NCBI RefSeq assembly: GCF_009914755.1
Contig: NC_060927.1
Source: the human T2T-CHM13v2.0 reference genome, Homo sapiens
Strand: one strand, 5' to 3'
DNA length: 64,000 nt
Part shown: positions 16,650 to 34,893 of the stretch, one piece after another
Position numbering within the stretch: the first letter of the stretch is position 1
How the letters are laid out: every line of letters starts with the position of its first letter
Notes under the pieces: generated by a model
The model's input: the letters and a program-made list of their open reading frames with translations, nothing else
Database searches by the model: none
Told to the model about the DNA's origin: nothing
Translations under genes and position numbers: made by a program

Positions 16650-19600
16650 GAAAACTAACAAACAGAAAGGACATCCACACCAAAACCCCATCTGTACGTC
16701 ACCATCATCAAAGACCAAAGGTAGATAAAACCACAAAGATGGGGAAAAACTGAGCAGAAAAGCTGAAAATTCTAAAAATCAGATCGCCTCTCCCCCTCCA
16801 AAGAAACAGAGCTCCTCACCAGCAACAGAACAAAGCTGGACGGAGAATGACTTTCACGAGCTGACAGAAGAAGGCTACAGACGATCAAACTTCTCTCAGC
16901 TAAAGGAGGAAGTTGGAGCCCATCGCAAAGAAGCTAAAAACCTTGAAAAAAGACTAGATGAATGGCTAACTAGAATAACCAGCGTAGAGAAGTCCTTAAA
17001 TGACCTGATGGAGCTGAAAACCATGGCAGGAGAACTACGTGACGAATGCACAAGCTTCAGTAGCCAATTCGATCAACTGGAAGAAAGGGTATCAGTGACT
17101 GAAGATCAAATGAATGAAATGAAGTGAGAAGAGAAGTTAAGAGAAAAAAGAGTAAAAAGAAACGAACAAAGCCTCCAAGAAATATGGGACTACGTAAAAA
17201 GACCAAATCTACGTCGGATTGGTGTACCTGAAAGTGACAGGAAGAATGGAAACAAGTTGGAAAACACTCTGCAGGATATTATCCAGGAGAACTTCCCCAA
17301 TCTAGCAAGGCAGGCCAACGTTCAGATTCAGGAAATACAGAGAACGCCACAAAGATACTCCTCGAGAAGAGCAACTCCAAGACACATAATTGTCAGATTC
17401 ACCAAAGTTGAAATGAAGGAAAAAATGTTAAGGGCAGCCAGAGAGAAAGGTAGGGTTACCCACAAAGGGAAGCCCATCAGACTAACAGTGGATTTCTCAG
17501 CAGAAACTGAACAAGCCAGAAGAGAGTGGGAGCCAACATCCAACATTCTTCAAGAAAAGAATTTTCAACCCAGAATTTCATATCCAGCCAAACTAAGCTT
17601 CATGAGTGAAGGAGAAATAAAATCCTTTAGAGACAAACAAATGCTAAGAGATTTTGTCACCACCAAGCCTGCCCTACAAGAGCTCCTGAAGGAAGCACTA
17701 AACATGGAAAGGAACAACCAGTACCAGCCACTGCAAAAACATGCCAAATTGTAAAGACCATGGATGCTAGAAAGAAACCGCATCAACTAATGAGCAAAAT
17801 AACCAGCTAACATCATAACGTAACGACAGGATCAAATTCAAACATAACAATATTAACCTTAAATGTAAATGGGCTAAATGCTCCAATTAAAAGACACAGA
17901 CTGGCAAATTGGATAAAGAGTCAAGACCCATCAGTGTGCTGTATTCAGGAGACCCATCTCACATGCAGAGACACACATAGGCGCAAAATAAAGGGATGGA
18001 GGAAGATCTACCAAGCAAATGGAAAACAAAAAAAGGCAGGGGTTGCAATCCTAGTCTCTGATAAAACAGACTTTAAACCAACAAAGACAGAAAGAGACAA
18101 AGAAGGCCATTACATAATGGCAAAGGGATCAAGTCAACAAGAAGAGCTAACTATCCTAAATATATATGCACCCAATACAGGAGCACCCAGATTCATAAAG
18201 AAAGTCCTAAAAGACCTATAAAGAGAGTTAGACTCCCACACAATAATAATGGGAGACTCTGACACCCCACTGTCAACATTAGACAGATCGATGAGACAGA
18301 AAGTTAAAAAGGATATCCAGGAATTGAACTCAGCTCTGCACCAAGCGGAATGAACAGACATCTACAGAACTCTCCACCCCAAATCAACAGAATATACATT
18401 CTTCTCAGCACCACATCACACTTATTCCAAAATTGACCACATAGTTGGAAGTAAAGCACTCCTCAGCAAATGTAAAAGAACAGAAATTATAACAAACTGT
18501 CTCTCAGACCACAGTGCAATCAAACTAGAACTCAGGATTAAGAAACTCACTCAAAACTGCTCAACTACACGGAAACTAAACAACCTGCTCCTGAATGACT
18601 AATGGGTACATAACGAAATGAAGGCAGTAATAAAGATGTTCTTTGAAACCAATGAGAACAAAGGCACAAACCTGAATCTTTGGGACACACTGAAAGCAGT
18701 GTGTAGAGGGAAATGTATAGCACTAAATGCCCACAAGAGAAAGCAGGAAAGATCTAAAATTGACAACCTAACATCACAATCGAAAGAACTAGAGAAGGAA
18801 GAGCAAACACATTCTAAAGCTAGCAGAAGGCAAGAAATAACTAAGATCAGAGCAGAACTGAAGGAGATAGAGACACAAAAAACTCTTCAAAAAATCAATG
18901 AATCTAGGAGCTCGTTTTTTGAAAAGATCAACAAAACTGATAGACCACTAGCAAGACTAATAAAGAAGAAAAGAGAGAAGAATCAAATAGACGCAATAAA
19001 AAAGGATAAAGGGGATATCACCACCGATCCCACAGAAATACAAACTACCATCAGAGAATACTATAAACACCTCTACGCAAATAAACTAGAAAATCTGGAA
19101 GAAATGGATACATTCCTGGACACATACACCCTCCCAAGACTAAACCAGGAAGAAGCTGAATCCCTGAATAGACCAATAACAGGCTCTGAAATTGAGACAA
19201 TACTTAATAGCCTACCAACCAAAAAAAGTCCAGGACCAGATGGATTCACAGTCGAATTCTACCAGAGGTACAAGGAGGAGCTGGTACCATTCCTTCTGAA
19301 ACTATTCCAATCAACAGAAAAAGAGGGAATCCTCCCTAACTCTCCCTGTTATGTCCCTGGCAGACACATAACAAAAAAAGAGAATTTTAGACCAATATCC
19401 CTGATGAACATTCACGCAAATATCCTCAATAAAATACTGGCAAACCGAATCCAGCAGCACATCAAAAAGCTTAGCCACCATGATCAAGTTGGCTTCATCC
19501 CTGGGATGCAAGGCTGGTTCAATATACACAAATCAATAAATGTAATCCAGCATATGAACAGAACCAAAGACAAAAACGACATGATTATCTCAATACATGC

Positions 19601-21823
19601 AGAAAAGGCCTTTGACAAAATTCAACAACGCTTCATGCTAAAAACTCTCAATACATTAGGTATTGATGGGACGTATCTCAAAATAATAAGAGCTATTTAT
19701 GACAAACCCACACCCAATATCATACTGAATGGGCAAAAACTGAAAGCATTCCCTTTGAAAACTGGCACAAGACAGGGATGCCCTCTCTCACCACTCCTAT
19801 TCAACATAGTGTTGGAAGTTCTGGCCAGGGCAATCAGGCAGGAGAAGGAAATAAAGGGTATTCAATTAGGAAAAGAGGAAGTCAAATTGTCCCTGTTTGC
19901 AGACAGGATTGTATATTTAGAAAACCCCATCGTCTCAGCCCAAAATCTCCTTAAGCTGATAAGCAACTTCAGCAAAGTCTCAGGATACAAAATCAATGTA
20001 CAAAAATCACAAGCATTCTTATACACCAGTAACAGACAAACAGAGAGCCAAATCACGAGTGAACTCCCATTCACAATTGCTTCAAAGAGAATAAAATACC
20101 TAGGAATCCAACTTACAAGGGATGTGAAGGACCTCTTCAAGGAGAACTACAAACCACTGCTCAATGAAATAAAAGACGACACAAACAAATGGAAGAACAT
20201 TCCATGCTCATGGATAGGAATAATCAATATCGTGAAAATGGCCATACTGCCCAAGGTAATTTATAGATTCAATGCCATCCCCATCAAGCTACCAATGACT
20301 TTCTTCACAGAATTGGAAAAAACTACATTAAAGTTCATATGGAACCAAAAAAGAGCTTGCATTGCCAAGACAATCCTAAGCCAAAAGAACAAAGCTGGAG
20401 GCATCAGGCTATCTGACTTCAAACTATACTACAAGGCTACAGTAACCAAAACAGCATGGCACTGGTACCAAAACAGAGATATAGACCAATGGAACAGAAC
20501 AGAGCCCTCACAAATAATATCACACATCTACAACTATCTGATCTTTGACAAACCTGAGAAAAACAAGCAATGGGGAAAGGATTCCCTATTTAATGAATGG
20601 TGCTGGGAAAACTGGCTAGCCACATGTAGAAAGCTGAAACTGGATCCCTTCCTTACACCTTATAGAAAAATTAATTCAAGATGGATCAAAGACTTCAATG
20701 TTAGACCTAAAACCATAAAAACCCTAGAAGAAAACTTAGGCAATACCATTCAGGACATAGGCATGGGCAAGGACTTCATGTCTAAAACACCAAAAGAAAT
20801 GGCAACAAAAGCCAAAACTGACAAATGGGATCCAATTAACCTAAAGAGCTTCTGCACAGCAAAAGAAACTACCATCAGAGTGAACAGGCAACCTACAGAA
20901 TGGGAGAAAATTTTCACAATCTACTCATCTGACAAAAGGCTAATATCCAGAATTTACAAAGAACTCAAACAAATTTACAAGAGAAAAACAAACAACCCCA
21001 TCAAAAAGTGGGCAAAGGATATGAACAGACACTTCTGAAAAGAAGACATTTATGCAGCCAACAGACACGTGAAATAATGCTCATCATCACTGGCCATCAG
21101 AGAAATGCAAATCAAAACCACAATGAGATACCATCTCACACCAGTTACAATGGCGATCATTAAAAAGTTAGGAAACAACAGATGCTGGAGAGGATGGGGA
21201 GAAATAGGAACACTTTTACACTGTTGGTAGGACTGTAAACTAGTTCAACCATTGTGGAAGACAGTGTGGCGATTCCTCAAGGATCTAGAACTAGAAATAC
21301 CATTTGACCCAGCCATCCCATTACTGGGTATATACCCAAAGGATTATAATCATGCTGCTTTAAGACACATGCATACATATGTTTATTGCGGCACTATTCA
21401 CAATAGCAAAGACTTAGAACCAACCCAAATGTCCATCAATGATAGACTGGATTAAGAAAATGTGGCACCTATACACCATGGAATAGTATGCAGCCATAAA
21501 AAGGATGAGTTCATGTCCTTTGTAGGGACATGGATGAAGCTGGAAACCATCATTCTCAGGAAACTATCACAAGGACAAAAAACCAAACACTGCATGTTCT
21601 CACTCATAGGTGGGAATTGAACAATGAGAACACTTGGACGCAGGAAGGGGACCATCACACACTGGGGACTGTTGTGGGGTGGGGGGAGGGATAGCATTAG
21701 GAGATATACCTAATATAAATGACGAGTTAGTGAGTGCAGCACACCAACACGGCACATGTATACATATGTAACAAAGCTGCACATTGTGCACATGTACCCC
21801 AGAAGTTAAATTAAAAAAAAAAA
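16650..21823 (+). mobile_element. 5'-truncated LINE-1, L1PA5-like (end of 5'UTR to poly(A))
   Basis: L1 ORF1/ORF2 homology throughout; 3' end aatataaatgacgagtt...aacaaagctgcac typical of L1PA4/5; inserted into a FAM monomer with short TSD (a)agagg. Confidence 0.92.
16739..21582 (+). pseudogene. Disrupted L1 ORF1/ORF2 of the L1PA5-like copy
   Basis: ORF1 has an early frameshift/stop; ORF2 start is ACG within a taacg duplication, with several stops; the residual 806-aa ORF (18618-21038) has FADD changed to FADR with one residue lost and D600 changed to H. Confidence 0.88.
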
Positions 21824-22529
21824 AGAGGATCACCTCAGTTCAGGAGTTAGCAGTTTTAATGTGCTATGATCACATCTGTTAACACACTCCAGCATGAGAA
21901 ACATAGTAAGAATACTTCTCTTTAAAAAAGATGAGAATTCCAGCATTTTCATGCATAAGTGATATAACATAGCAAAGTACTTTAAACTCTCCTAAATTCA
22001 TCATAGAAGTCAATGGAGTTCTAATATTCAAAATTCCAGGCAAAGTTTTTGAGGCACTTGACAAGTATATTTTTAAAATTCATATCAAACAAAAATCAGA
22101 CACAAGAAGGTAACTAGATTTTGAAAAAAAAGACAAAGAGGAGAAAATGACCCTATATTTAGAACATATATTATAAAGCCACAATAATAAAGAGCATGGT
22201 GTTAGAGCCAAAATGTAAAAGGATTTCAAACAACAGTAGATCCCTGCATACATATTTAGTTCGTGATAGATGTACCATCACAAAGTAGGGAGAGGAGGAT
22301 TTGTTATGTATGACTTTGCTAGGATATATTCTCTCACATAGATTCTTGCTAGTTTTTAGTCAAACCTGTAGAAATACAGCTATAACATTATTATTTTGAA
22401 ATCTCTATCATTAGTGAGACAATTTAATTGCTTTATTTTTTTCTTCTACTTCTATATCATTAAAAAGAAGCCTATTTGGGAAACTGTCCCTTTGAGGGTT
22501 CTTCCTTTTGCAGTCTTCTTTCTCTCTGA

Positions 22530-22827
22530 GTTATTTATTTATTTTTGACACAGGGTCCTGCTATATCACCTATGCTGGAATGCAGTGGCTCCATTACGAC
22601 TCACTGCAGCTTTGACCTTCTGGGCTCAAGCGACCCTCCCACCTTAGCCTCCTAAGTAGCTAGGACAACAGGCATGTGCCACCATGCCAGTTAATTTTTT
22701 TAATCATTTGTAGAGACAGGGTCTCCCCTTTTGCCCAGGCTGGTCTTGAACCCCTGGGCTCAAGTGATCCTCCCGCCTTGGCCTTCCAAAATGCTGGGAT
22801 TTTAGGCAGGAGCCAACATACTGGGCC
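22530..22827 (-). mobile_element. AluJ
   Basis: gggctcaagcga/gggctcaagtgatcctcc J-type motifs. Confidence 0.88.
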
Positions 22828-23103
22828 TGCTTTGTTTTAAACAGAAAGGTAAGTTACATCATTGGTATTTTCTCTAGGCTGCATAAAATAATTTTTATGT
22901 GGAAGAAGTAAACAATAGTGAAAATAAAAAACAAAAATAGAAAAAAACAGAAAACACTTTTTAAATCTAACGTTAAAATGTAAAAGTTGAACCTAAAATG
23001 ATAAACATATACATAAGGACTATATATAGATAGGACATTAAAAATCCTGGGGAAAAGGTATTAAAATATCAATAAAGTTAAAATAGTAATGGATATTACT
23101 TAC

Positions 23104-23183
23104 TGAAGTATCAGAGTAACCAATCGAATAGCTTCCACAGCAACATCATATTCTTTATCAAGTGTCATTGATACAATGCGATC
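23104..23183 (-). CDS. STAG1: STAG1 internal coding exon (80 nt, probably exon 12)
   Basis: ttctcag|GATCGC...CTTCA|gtaagt; [26 protein letters not shown](H); phase 0 to 2. Confidence 0.96.
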
Positions 23184-23586
23184 CTGAGAAAAAAAAGTTG
23201 TAAAACAAACCAACTATGAACAGAAAATAAGCTGGGACAGATCTAATATAATGTATTCTGGGATATATATGCAATACTAATGATAGGTTAAATAAAAAGC
23301 TTTACTCTTGAAACTGCAGTATTGTAGTCCTACTCACACAAAGGGGATGTTAGTATAAATGTTTGTAATTTAAAATCTTTCTCAACAATTGCTGTTCCCT
23401 AAACCTTGTGTCAAGGAAGCCTTAACATACAAAATTACTATCTTTATAACAAGCTGTAAAGAAAATTTTAAGCAGGTAAGCCTTCTTCCAAAGGTAATAA
23501 ATAAGAACTCATGGTAATATCTTTTGTAAAGCAGAGATTCACTTATCAATTTCATATGGGTTTATTTAAAGAACATGTAGTAAAAG

Positions 23587-24118
23587 CAGGGGTCCCCAAT
23601 CCTGGTCTGTAACCTGTTAGGAACTGGGCCACACAGCAAGGGGTTAGTGGTGTGGGAGCAAGTGAGCCAGTGAAGTTTCATCTGTATTTACAGCTGTTCT
23701 CCATCACTCCCACTATTGCCTGAGCTCCAAGTCTTGTCAAATCAGCAGTGGCATTAGATTCTCAATAGGAACAACAGGAACATGAACCCTACTGTGAACT
23801 GCGCATGCAAGGGATCTACGTTGTGTGCTCCTTATGAGAATCTAATGCCTGATGATCTGTTACTGTCTCCCATCACCCCTAGATGGGAACATCTAGTTGC
23901 AGGAAAACAAGTTCAGGGCTGCAATGATTCTACCTTATGGTGAGTTGTATAATTGTTTCATTACATATTACAATGTAATAACAACAGAAATAAAGTGCCC
24001 AATAAATGTAATGCACTTGAATCATCCCGAAACCATCCCCTCAACCCCCACCTTGGTCCACAGAAAAACTGTCTTCCATGAAACTGGTCCCTGGTGCCAA
24101 AAAGGTTGGGGACTGCTG
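23587..24118. mobile_element. MER1A-like hAT-Charlie DNA transposon fossil
   Basis: TIRs caggggtccccaa ... ttggggactgctg, ~530 bp, typical internal sequence. Confidence 0.85.
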
Positions 24119-24229
24119 TAATAAAGAATATGAACTAAACACTTGTATGATAATGTAATTTGCTAAACTAGCTGTAACTAGCATTTGTAAAGAGAAAAAT
24201 TAAATAAGCTTATCATTCTTGATGCTTAC

Positions 24230-24328
24230 CTTGAATCGGTTAGTGAATAGTTCCAATTTGGGGAATAATTCTCTATTGGTATATAGACTCTGCAGAGCTT
24301 TCAAACACTTCAGCCTGACTTCCCCTTG
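24230..24328 (-). CDS. STAG1: STAG1 internal coding exon (99 nt, probably exon 11)
   Basis: ttctgaag|CAAGGG...TTCAAG|gtaagc; [33 protein letters not shown]; phase 0 to 0. Confidence 0.96.
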
Positions 24329-24989
24329 CTTCAGAAATACAAATAAAAGCACAACAGAAGGAGTCAATTCCATACTACAATTTTCAAGTCTATATGAAGA
24401 CTAAAATTTAGCTTAAACATTTGACTTACTGCATATTGTAATTCAACATAGGATGAGACTGAACAATTGTATAGTGTGTGTTGCCCTTATATGTAAAAAA
24501 AAAAAAAAATTCACTGAAAAGACCTTAGTTACTTGAGAGTAAGTTATGCCTATTTTAAATATTTATCAACGCTGACTCAACATGTGGTATAACCCACGTC
24601 ATCCAGAGGCACAAAGAGAGAATTTTAAACCTATAATTAGGGAAAAGTATGTTTATTTGTCCTTTATGTAATTATTGAATAATTCTGTGGAAAAACCTGA
24701 TTTTTATACAAAATGGTCATCATTTATTCATGCAACAAATATTTACTGGATTCAATTTATATTCCAGGGACAGCAGTTAGCAAAACAGAAATAGCACAAT
24801 GTTTAAAACAGAGGCAAAATGATACATGAAGAGTCCTGGGAGTGCTATTTATTAGTGGAATGTCTTTAATAAAGTCATCAACTTGGCGTACAGGATGTTG
24901 ATGATCAAAATGCATTCAGGATCACCTAGAAATCTAGACAAGTCTCTCAAAAGATTTAAAGGGGATTAGTTTCTATCCTCTGAAAGAAG

Positions 24990-25200
24990 CTATGTGCTGT
25001 AACAGCAGGAGACCAAGTTCTGGAATCAGATACAACTAAATTTTAGTTCCAATTCTATATAATTTATTAGCTACATGCAAGATGTTAAGTATATTATTAA
25101 TCACCCTGATACTCAGGTTTCTTGTTTATAAAATTATCGTAGGGATTAAGTGCAGAGATATGCTGGTAAAAGTTTTAACAAAGAGCTCTGAGGAATAGGG
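24990..25200 (+). mobile_element. MIR remnant
   Basis: ttctggaatcaga...ttattagct...ctcaggtttcttgtttataaaa core. Confidence 0.55.
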
Positions 25201-25422
25201 TTCTGATTTGTTCTCTTTGCAGATTTATTTAATGTAAATAGTGCCTTCATAGCCAATATTAAGTTATTGATGAGATGTCAATGAACTCATTTATGGAGAT
25301 GCATAATCACTCTTTTGTAAGCTGATTCAAGCCTACAGTAGCATACATACCATGAGATGTGCTATGAGATAACGTAATATTTGTTGGTAAGTCCCTAGCA
25401 CACAAGCGAAAGCTGAAGTGCC

Positions 25423-27280
<1,858 letters not shown>

Positions 27281-27864
27281 CAATTAAATAAGGTAGTATT
27301 CATGAAAAATACTTCAGAAAACTGTAAAATAACTTATAATGGGAATGAAAATTCCAGTTGCTTTTATGATAACTGCTCTACTTTGGGGCTCTAATATACT
27401 CTAATATTATTTCTATTACAGTACGTAAATGCCACACCTGGCCAAATTCCAATAACTTATCACTCCTACCCATGGTTATTCTAAGGATTACTTATTCAGG
27501 ATTACTTATATGAGGGATTCCTTTTAAAGTCAGAAGGCAGAATTAGATTTTTAGATCAAATATTCTAAAATCCAACAAATCTATTCAAGTCTGATAAAGC
27601 ACTCTACTATGATATGGTCCTAGAAAATTTTTTTTTAAAAAAAGCTTAGTTTTTATATATTAAGAAAAAAGAAATCTCCTTTGATTCTGAATTAGAAAAA
27701 GAATATAATGATTTTCTTTCTCTGAAAACTTTATATATACCAGGTTGTCAAACTTGGTTCAAGACAATATTGTAACTAAACAAGATAGGGTCTTCACCCC
27801 TGGGCAAATGCTTCCAGTTTCATCACAATCATCAAGTAAATAGTTATTCAGCTGCATCATCTTA

Positions 27865-28188
<324 letters not shown>

Positions 28189-28479
28189 CTAATGCTGTTT
28201 GTATATATTTGCATTCTGAATGGCCTCCAACTTAAGTATCTTCTGTTTTTCATGTTTTCTATAAAATAAACACTAATAATACCAAACTGGAAAAAAAAAG
28301 CTTCTATTAAACTATTTTGACCCAATTACTCTATTTTCACTGGGCTAGACAATGACATTTGGAGCTTTCTGAGAGCCTCACAACTATTACAGAGCCAAGA
28401 AACATGTTAAACTTTCTAAGAAAATCAGAGTCACAACATCCAAGTACAGAATAATGTTTCTCAAAAGAACTGTTAATCT

Positions 28480-28779
28480 TTTTTTAAAAAATTATTATTA
28501 AATGGAGTCTTGCTCTGTCGCTCATGCTGGAGTGCAGTGGCATGATTTCGGCTGACTGCAACCTCTGCCTCCAGGTTCAAGTGATTCTCCTGCCTCAGCC
28601 ATCCAAGTAGCTGAGACTACAGGTGCAAGCCACCACACCTGAGTAATTTTTGTATTTTTAGTAGAGATGGGGTTTCATCATATTGGCCAGGGTGGTCTTG
28701 AACTCCTGACCTCAAGTGATCCACCCACCTCGGCCTCCCAAAGTGCTGGGATTACACGCGTGAGCCACTGTGACCGGCC
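28480..28779 (-). mobile_element. Alu (AluS)
   Basis: Full dimer, degenerate TSD agaactg..aatcttt. Confidence 0.9.
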
Positions 28780-29487
28780 AGAACTGGGAATCTTTATAAG
28801 CTAGCACACATGTAATGAATTAAAAGAAAAAGCCCACTTTATTCAAGGCACAGGTCTTTCATCTGTAATAATATATTTTTTAGGCTGAGACGGAAGAATC
28901 CACCTCTAGTGACAATGGTAACCATCTTGGTGACAATACTGCGAAGTCATGGCAGAACAACCCGAAAAGTCAGAATTCTGGCTCATTGCCTAGATGGCTT
29001 TTCACCTCACCATAAGTAAGCATCCAATATAACCCTCCTGGGATGACTTTCCTACTATACAATCTCTGTGAATTGTAAACAAATACAATGTTAACACTTT
29101 TATAATCTTTCATCACAAGGTTATTAGCCTTAGCTTTAAGAAAAAAATATTAACTATAATATCATAAATCCTAATTTTCTTCTGTAGATCAATCTTCAAG
29201 GTTTCTGATTTACCATTCACAAATGTTAAAATTTTAAGTAATTTTTAATTATCCAATTTACAAAAGGCAATAATCTATCATTTTAGCTAAAATTTTAATG
29301 ATAATTAAGGCACTTTTCTTAGTTTCTCTTTGGTGACAAAATTCCTTGCTCTAATAAGTCTCAGTTCTCTCTAGGCTCCTGTCATTGCTTAAGGATAAAA
29401 ACAGGGAAAACATTCTCTTTCCAAGCCATACTGCCAATTACAACCTTTAGTTTTCCTACATTTTTTGATAGTATCTTTTTCTCATGG

Positions 29488-29745
29488 AGAGGCTGTACAA
29501 CATAGTGGCTAAAAGTACAGGCTCTGGAGGAAGACATCCTGAGTTCAAATCCTGGTTCTGCTATTTACTAGCTGTGTGACCTTGGGTATTTCCCTTTTTC
29601 TTAGGTTTCCTCATCTCTAAAATAGTGGTAATAATACCACCTAGCTCACAGTTACTATGAGAATAAAATCACTTAATACAAATAGAAGACTTAGAATTCT
29701 ACCTGGCATCCATTAATCCTTCCATTAAATGTTGGCTATTATAAT
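29488..29745 (+). mobile_element. MIR SINE; the L1HS is inserted at its 3' tail
   Basis: catagtggctaaaagtacaggctctggag...gagttcaaatcctggttctgctatttactagctgtgtgaccttggg. Confidence 0.8.
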
Positions 29746-29908
29746 CTTTCTTTTTTTTTTTTTTTTTAATTTTTTTTTTTATTATACTTTAAGTTTTAGG
29801 GTACATGTGCACATTGTGCAGGTTAGTTACATATGTATACATGTGCCATGCTGGTGCGCTGCACCCACCAACGTGTCATCTAGCATTAGGTATATCTCCC
29901 AATGCTAT

Positions 29909-29933
29909 CCCTCCCCCCTCCCCCGACCCCACC
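29909..29933 (-). other. G-rich tract in L1 3'UTR (G-quadruplex-capable)
   Basis: Minus strand GGTGGGGTCGGGGGAGGGGGGAGGG, four G-runs of at least 3. Confidence 0.8.
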
Positions 29934-29985
29934 ACCGTCCCCAGAGTGTGATATTCCCCTTCCTGTGTCCTTGTGATCTCATTGT

Positions 29986-33840
<3,855 letters not shown>

Positions 33841-33876
33841 TTAGTTGATGCAGTTTCTTCCTAGTCTCGATGGTCT

Positions 33877-34893
33877 TTACATTTTGGCATGATTTTGCAG
33901 CGGCTGGTACCGGTTGTTCCTTTCCATGTTTAGCGCTTCCTTCAGGAGCTCTTTTAGGGCAGGCCTGGTGTTGACAAAATCTCTCAGCATTTGCTTGTCT
34001 ATAAAGTATTTTATTTCTCCTTCACTTATGAAGCTTAGTTTGGCTGGATATGAAATTCTGGGTTGAAAATTCTTTTCTTTAAGAATGTTGAATATTGGCC
34101 CCCACTCTCTTCTGGCTTGTAGGGTTTCTGCCGAGAGATCCGCTGTTAGTCTGATGGGCTTTCCTTTGAGGGTAACCTGACCTTTCTCTCTGGCTGCCCT
34201 TAACATTTTTTCCTTCATTTCAACTTTGGTGAATCTGACAATTATGTGTCTTGGAATTGCTCTTCTCGAGGAGTATCTTTGTGGCGTTCTCTGTATTTCC
34301 TGAATCTGAACGTTGGCCTGCCTTGCTAGATTGGGGAAGTTCTCCTGGATAATATCCTGCAGAGTGTTTTCCAACTTGGTTCCATTCTCCACATCACTTT
34401 CAGGTACACCAATCAGACGTAGATTTGGTCTTTTCACATAGTCCCATATTTCTTGGAGGCTTTGCTCATTTCTTTTTATTCTTTTTTCTCTAAACTTCCC
34501 TTCTCGCTTCATTTCATTCATTTCATCTTCCATTGCTGATACCCTTTCTTCCAGTTGATCGCATCGGCTCCTGAGGCTTCTGCATTCTTCACGTAGTTCT
34601 CGAGCCTTGGTTTTCAGCTCCATCAGCTCCTTTAAGCACTTCTCTGTATTGGTTATTCTAGTTATACATTCTTCTAAATTTTTTTCAAAGTTTTCAACTT
34701 CTTTGCCTTTGGTTTGAATGTCCTCCCGTAGCTCAGAGTAATTTGATCGTCTGAAGCCTTCTTCTCTCAGCTCGTCAAAATCATTCTCCATCCAGCTTTG
34801 TTCCGTTGCTGGTGAGGAACTGCGTTCTTTTGGAGGAGGAGAGGCGCTCTGCGTTTTAGAGTTTCCAGTTTTTCTGTTCTGTTTTTTCCCCAT
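33877..34893 (-). CDS. LINE-1 ORF1p (338 aa RNA-binding chaperone)
   Basis: Full-length MGKKQNRKTG...NHAKM; REKG235-238, RR261-262 and YPAKLS282-287 intact. Confidence 0.97.
   Translation of the reverse strand: MGKKQNRKTGNSKTQSASPPPKERSSSPATEQSWMENDFDELREEGFRRSNYSELREDIQTKGKEVENFEKNLEECITRITNTEKCLKELMELKTKARELREECRSLRSRCDQLEERVSAMEDEMNEMKREGKFREKRIKRNEQSLQEIWDYVKRPNLRLIGVPESDVENGTKLENTLQDIIQENFPNLARQANVQIQEIQRTPQRYSSRRAIPRHIIVRFTKVEMKEKMLRAAREKGQVTLKGKPIRLTADLSAETLQARREWGPIFNILKEKNFQPRISYPAKLSFISEGEIKYFIDKQMLRDFVNTRPALKELLKEALNMERNNRYQPLQNHAKM

Larger units (their letters stand above)
16589..21929 (+). mobile_element. FAM/FRAM-type fossil Alu monomer split by the L1PA5-like insertion (16589-16649 and 21824-21929)
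   Basis: Left half gctgagcatggcagtgcatgcctg...gaggctaag, right half gaggatcacc...gtgctatgatc...cactccagc...tctctttaaaaa. Confidence 0.7.

Noticed and set aside
19343-19360. tccctgttatgtccctgg resembles the I-SceI site reverse complement (attaccctgttatcccta)
   Set aside because: Only a partial match, and fully explained by local templated copying.
18618-21038. 806-aa ORF as a functional or domesticated reverse transcriptase
   Set aside because: It lacks the EN domain, FADD is changed to FADR with a residue lost, D600 is His, and it stops before the CCHC region; consistent with neutral decay of L1PA ORF2.
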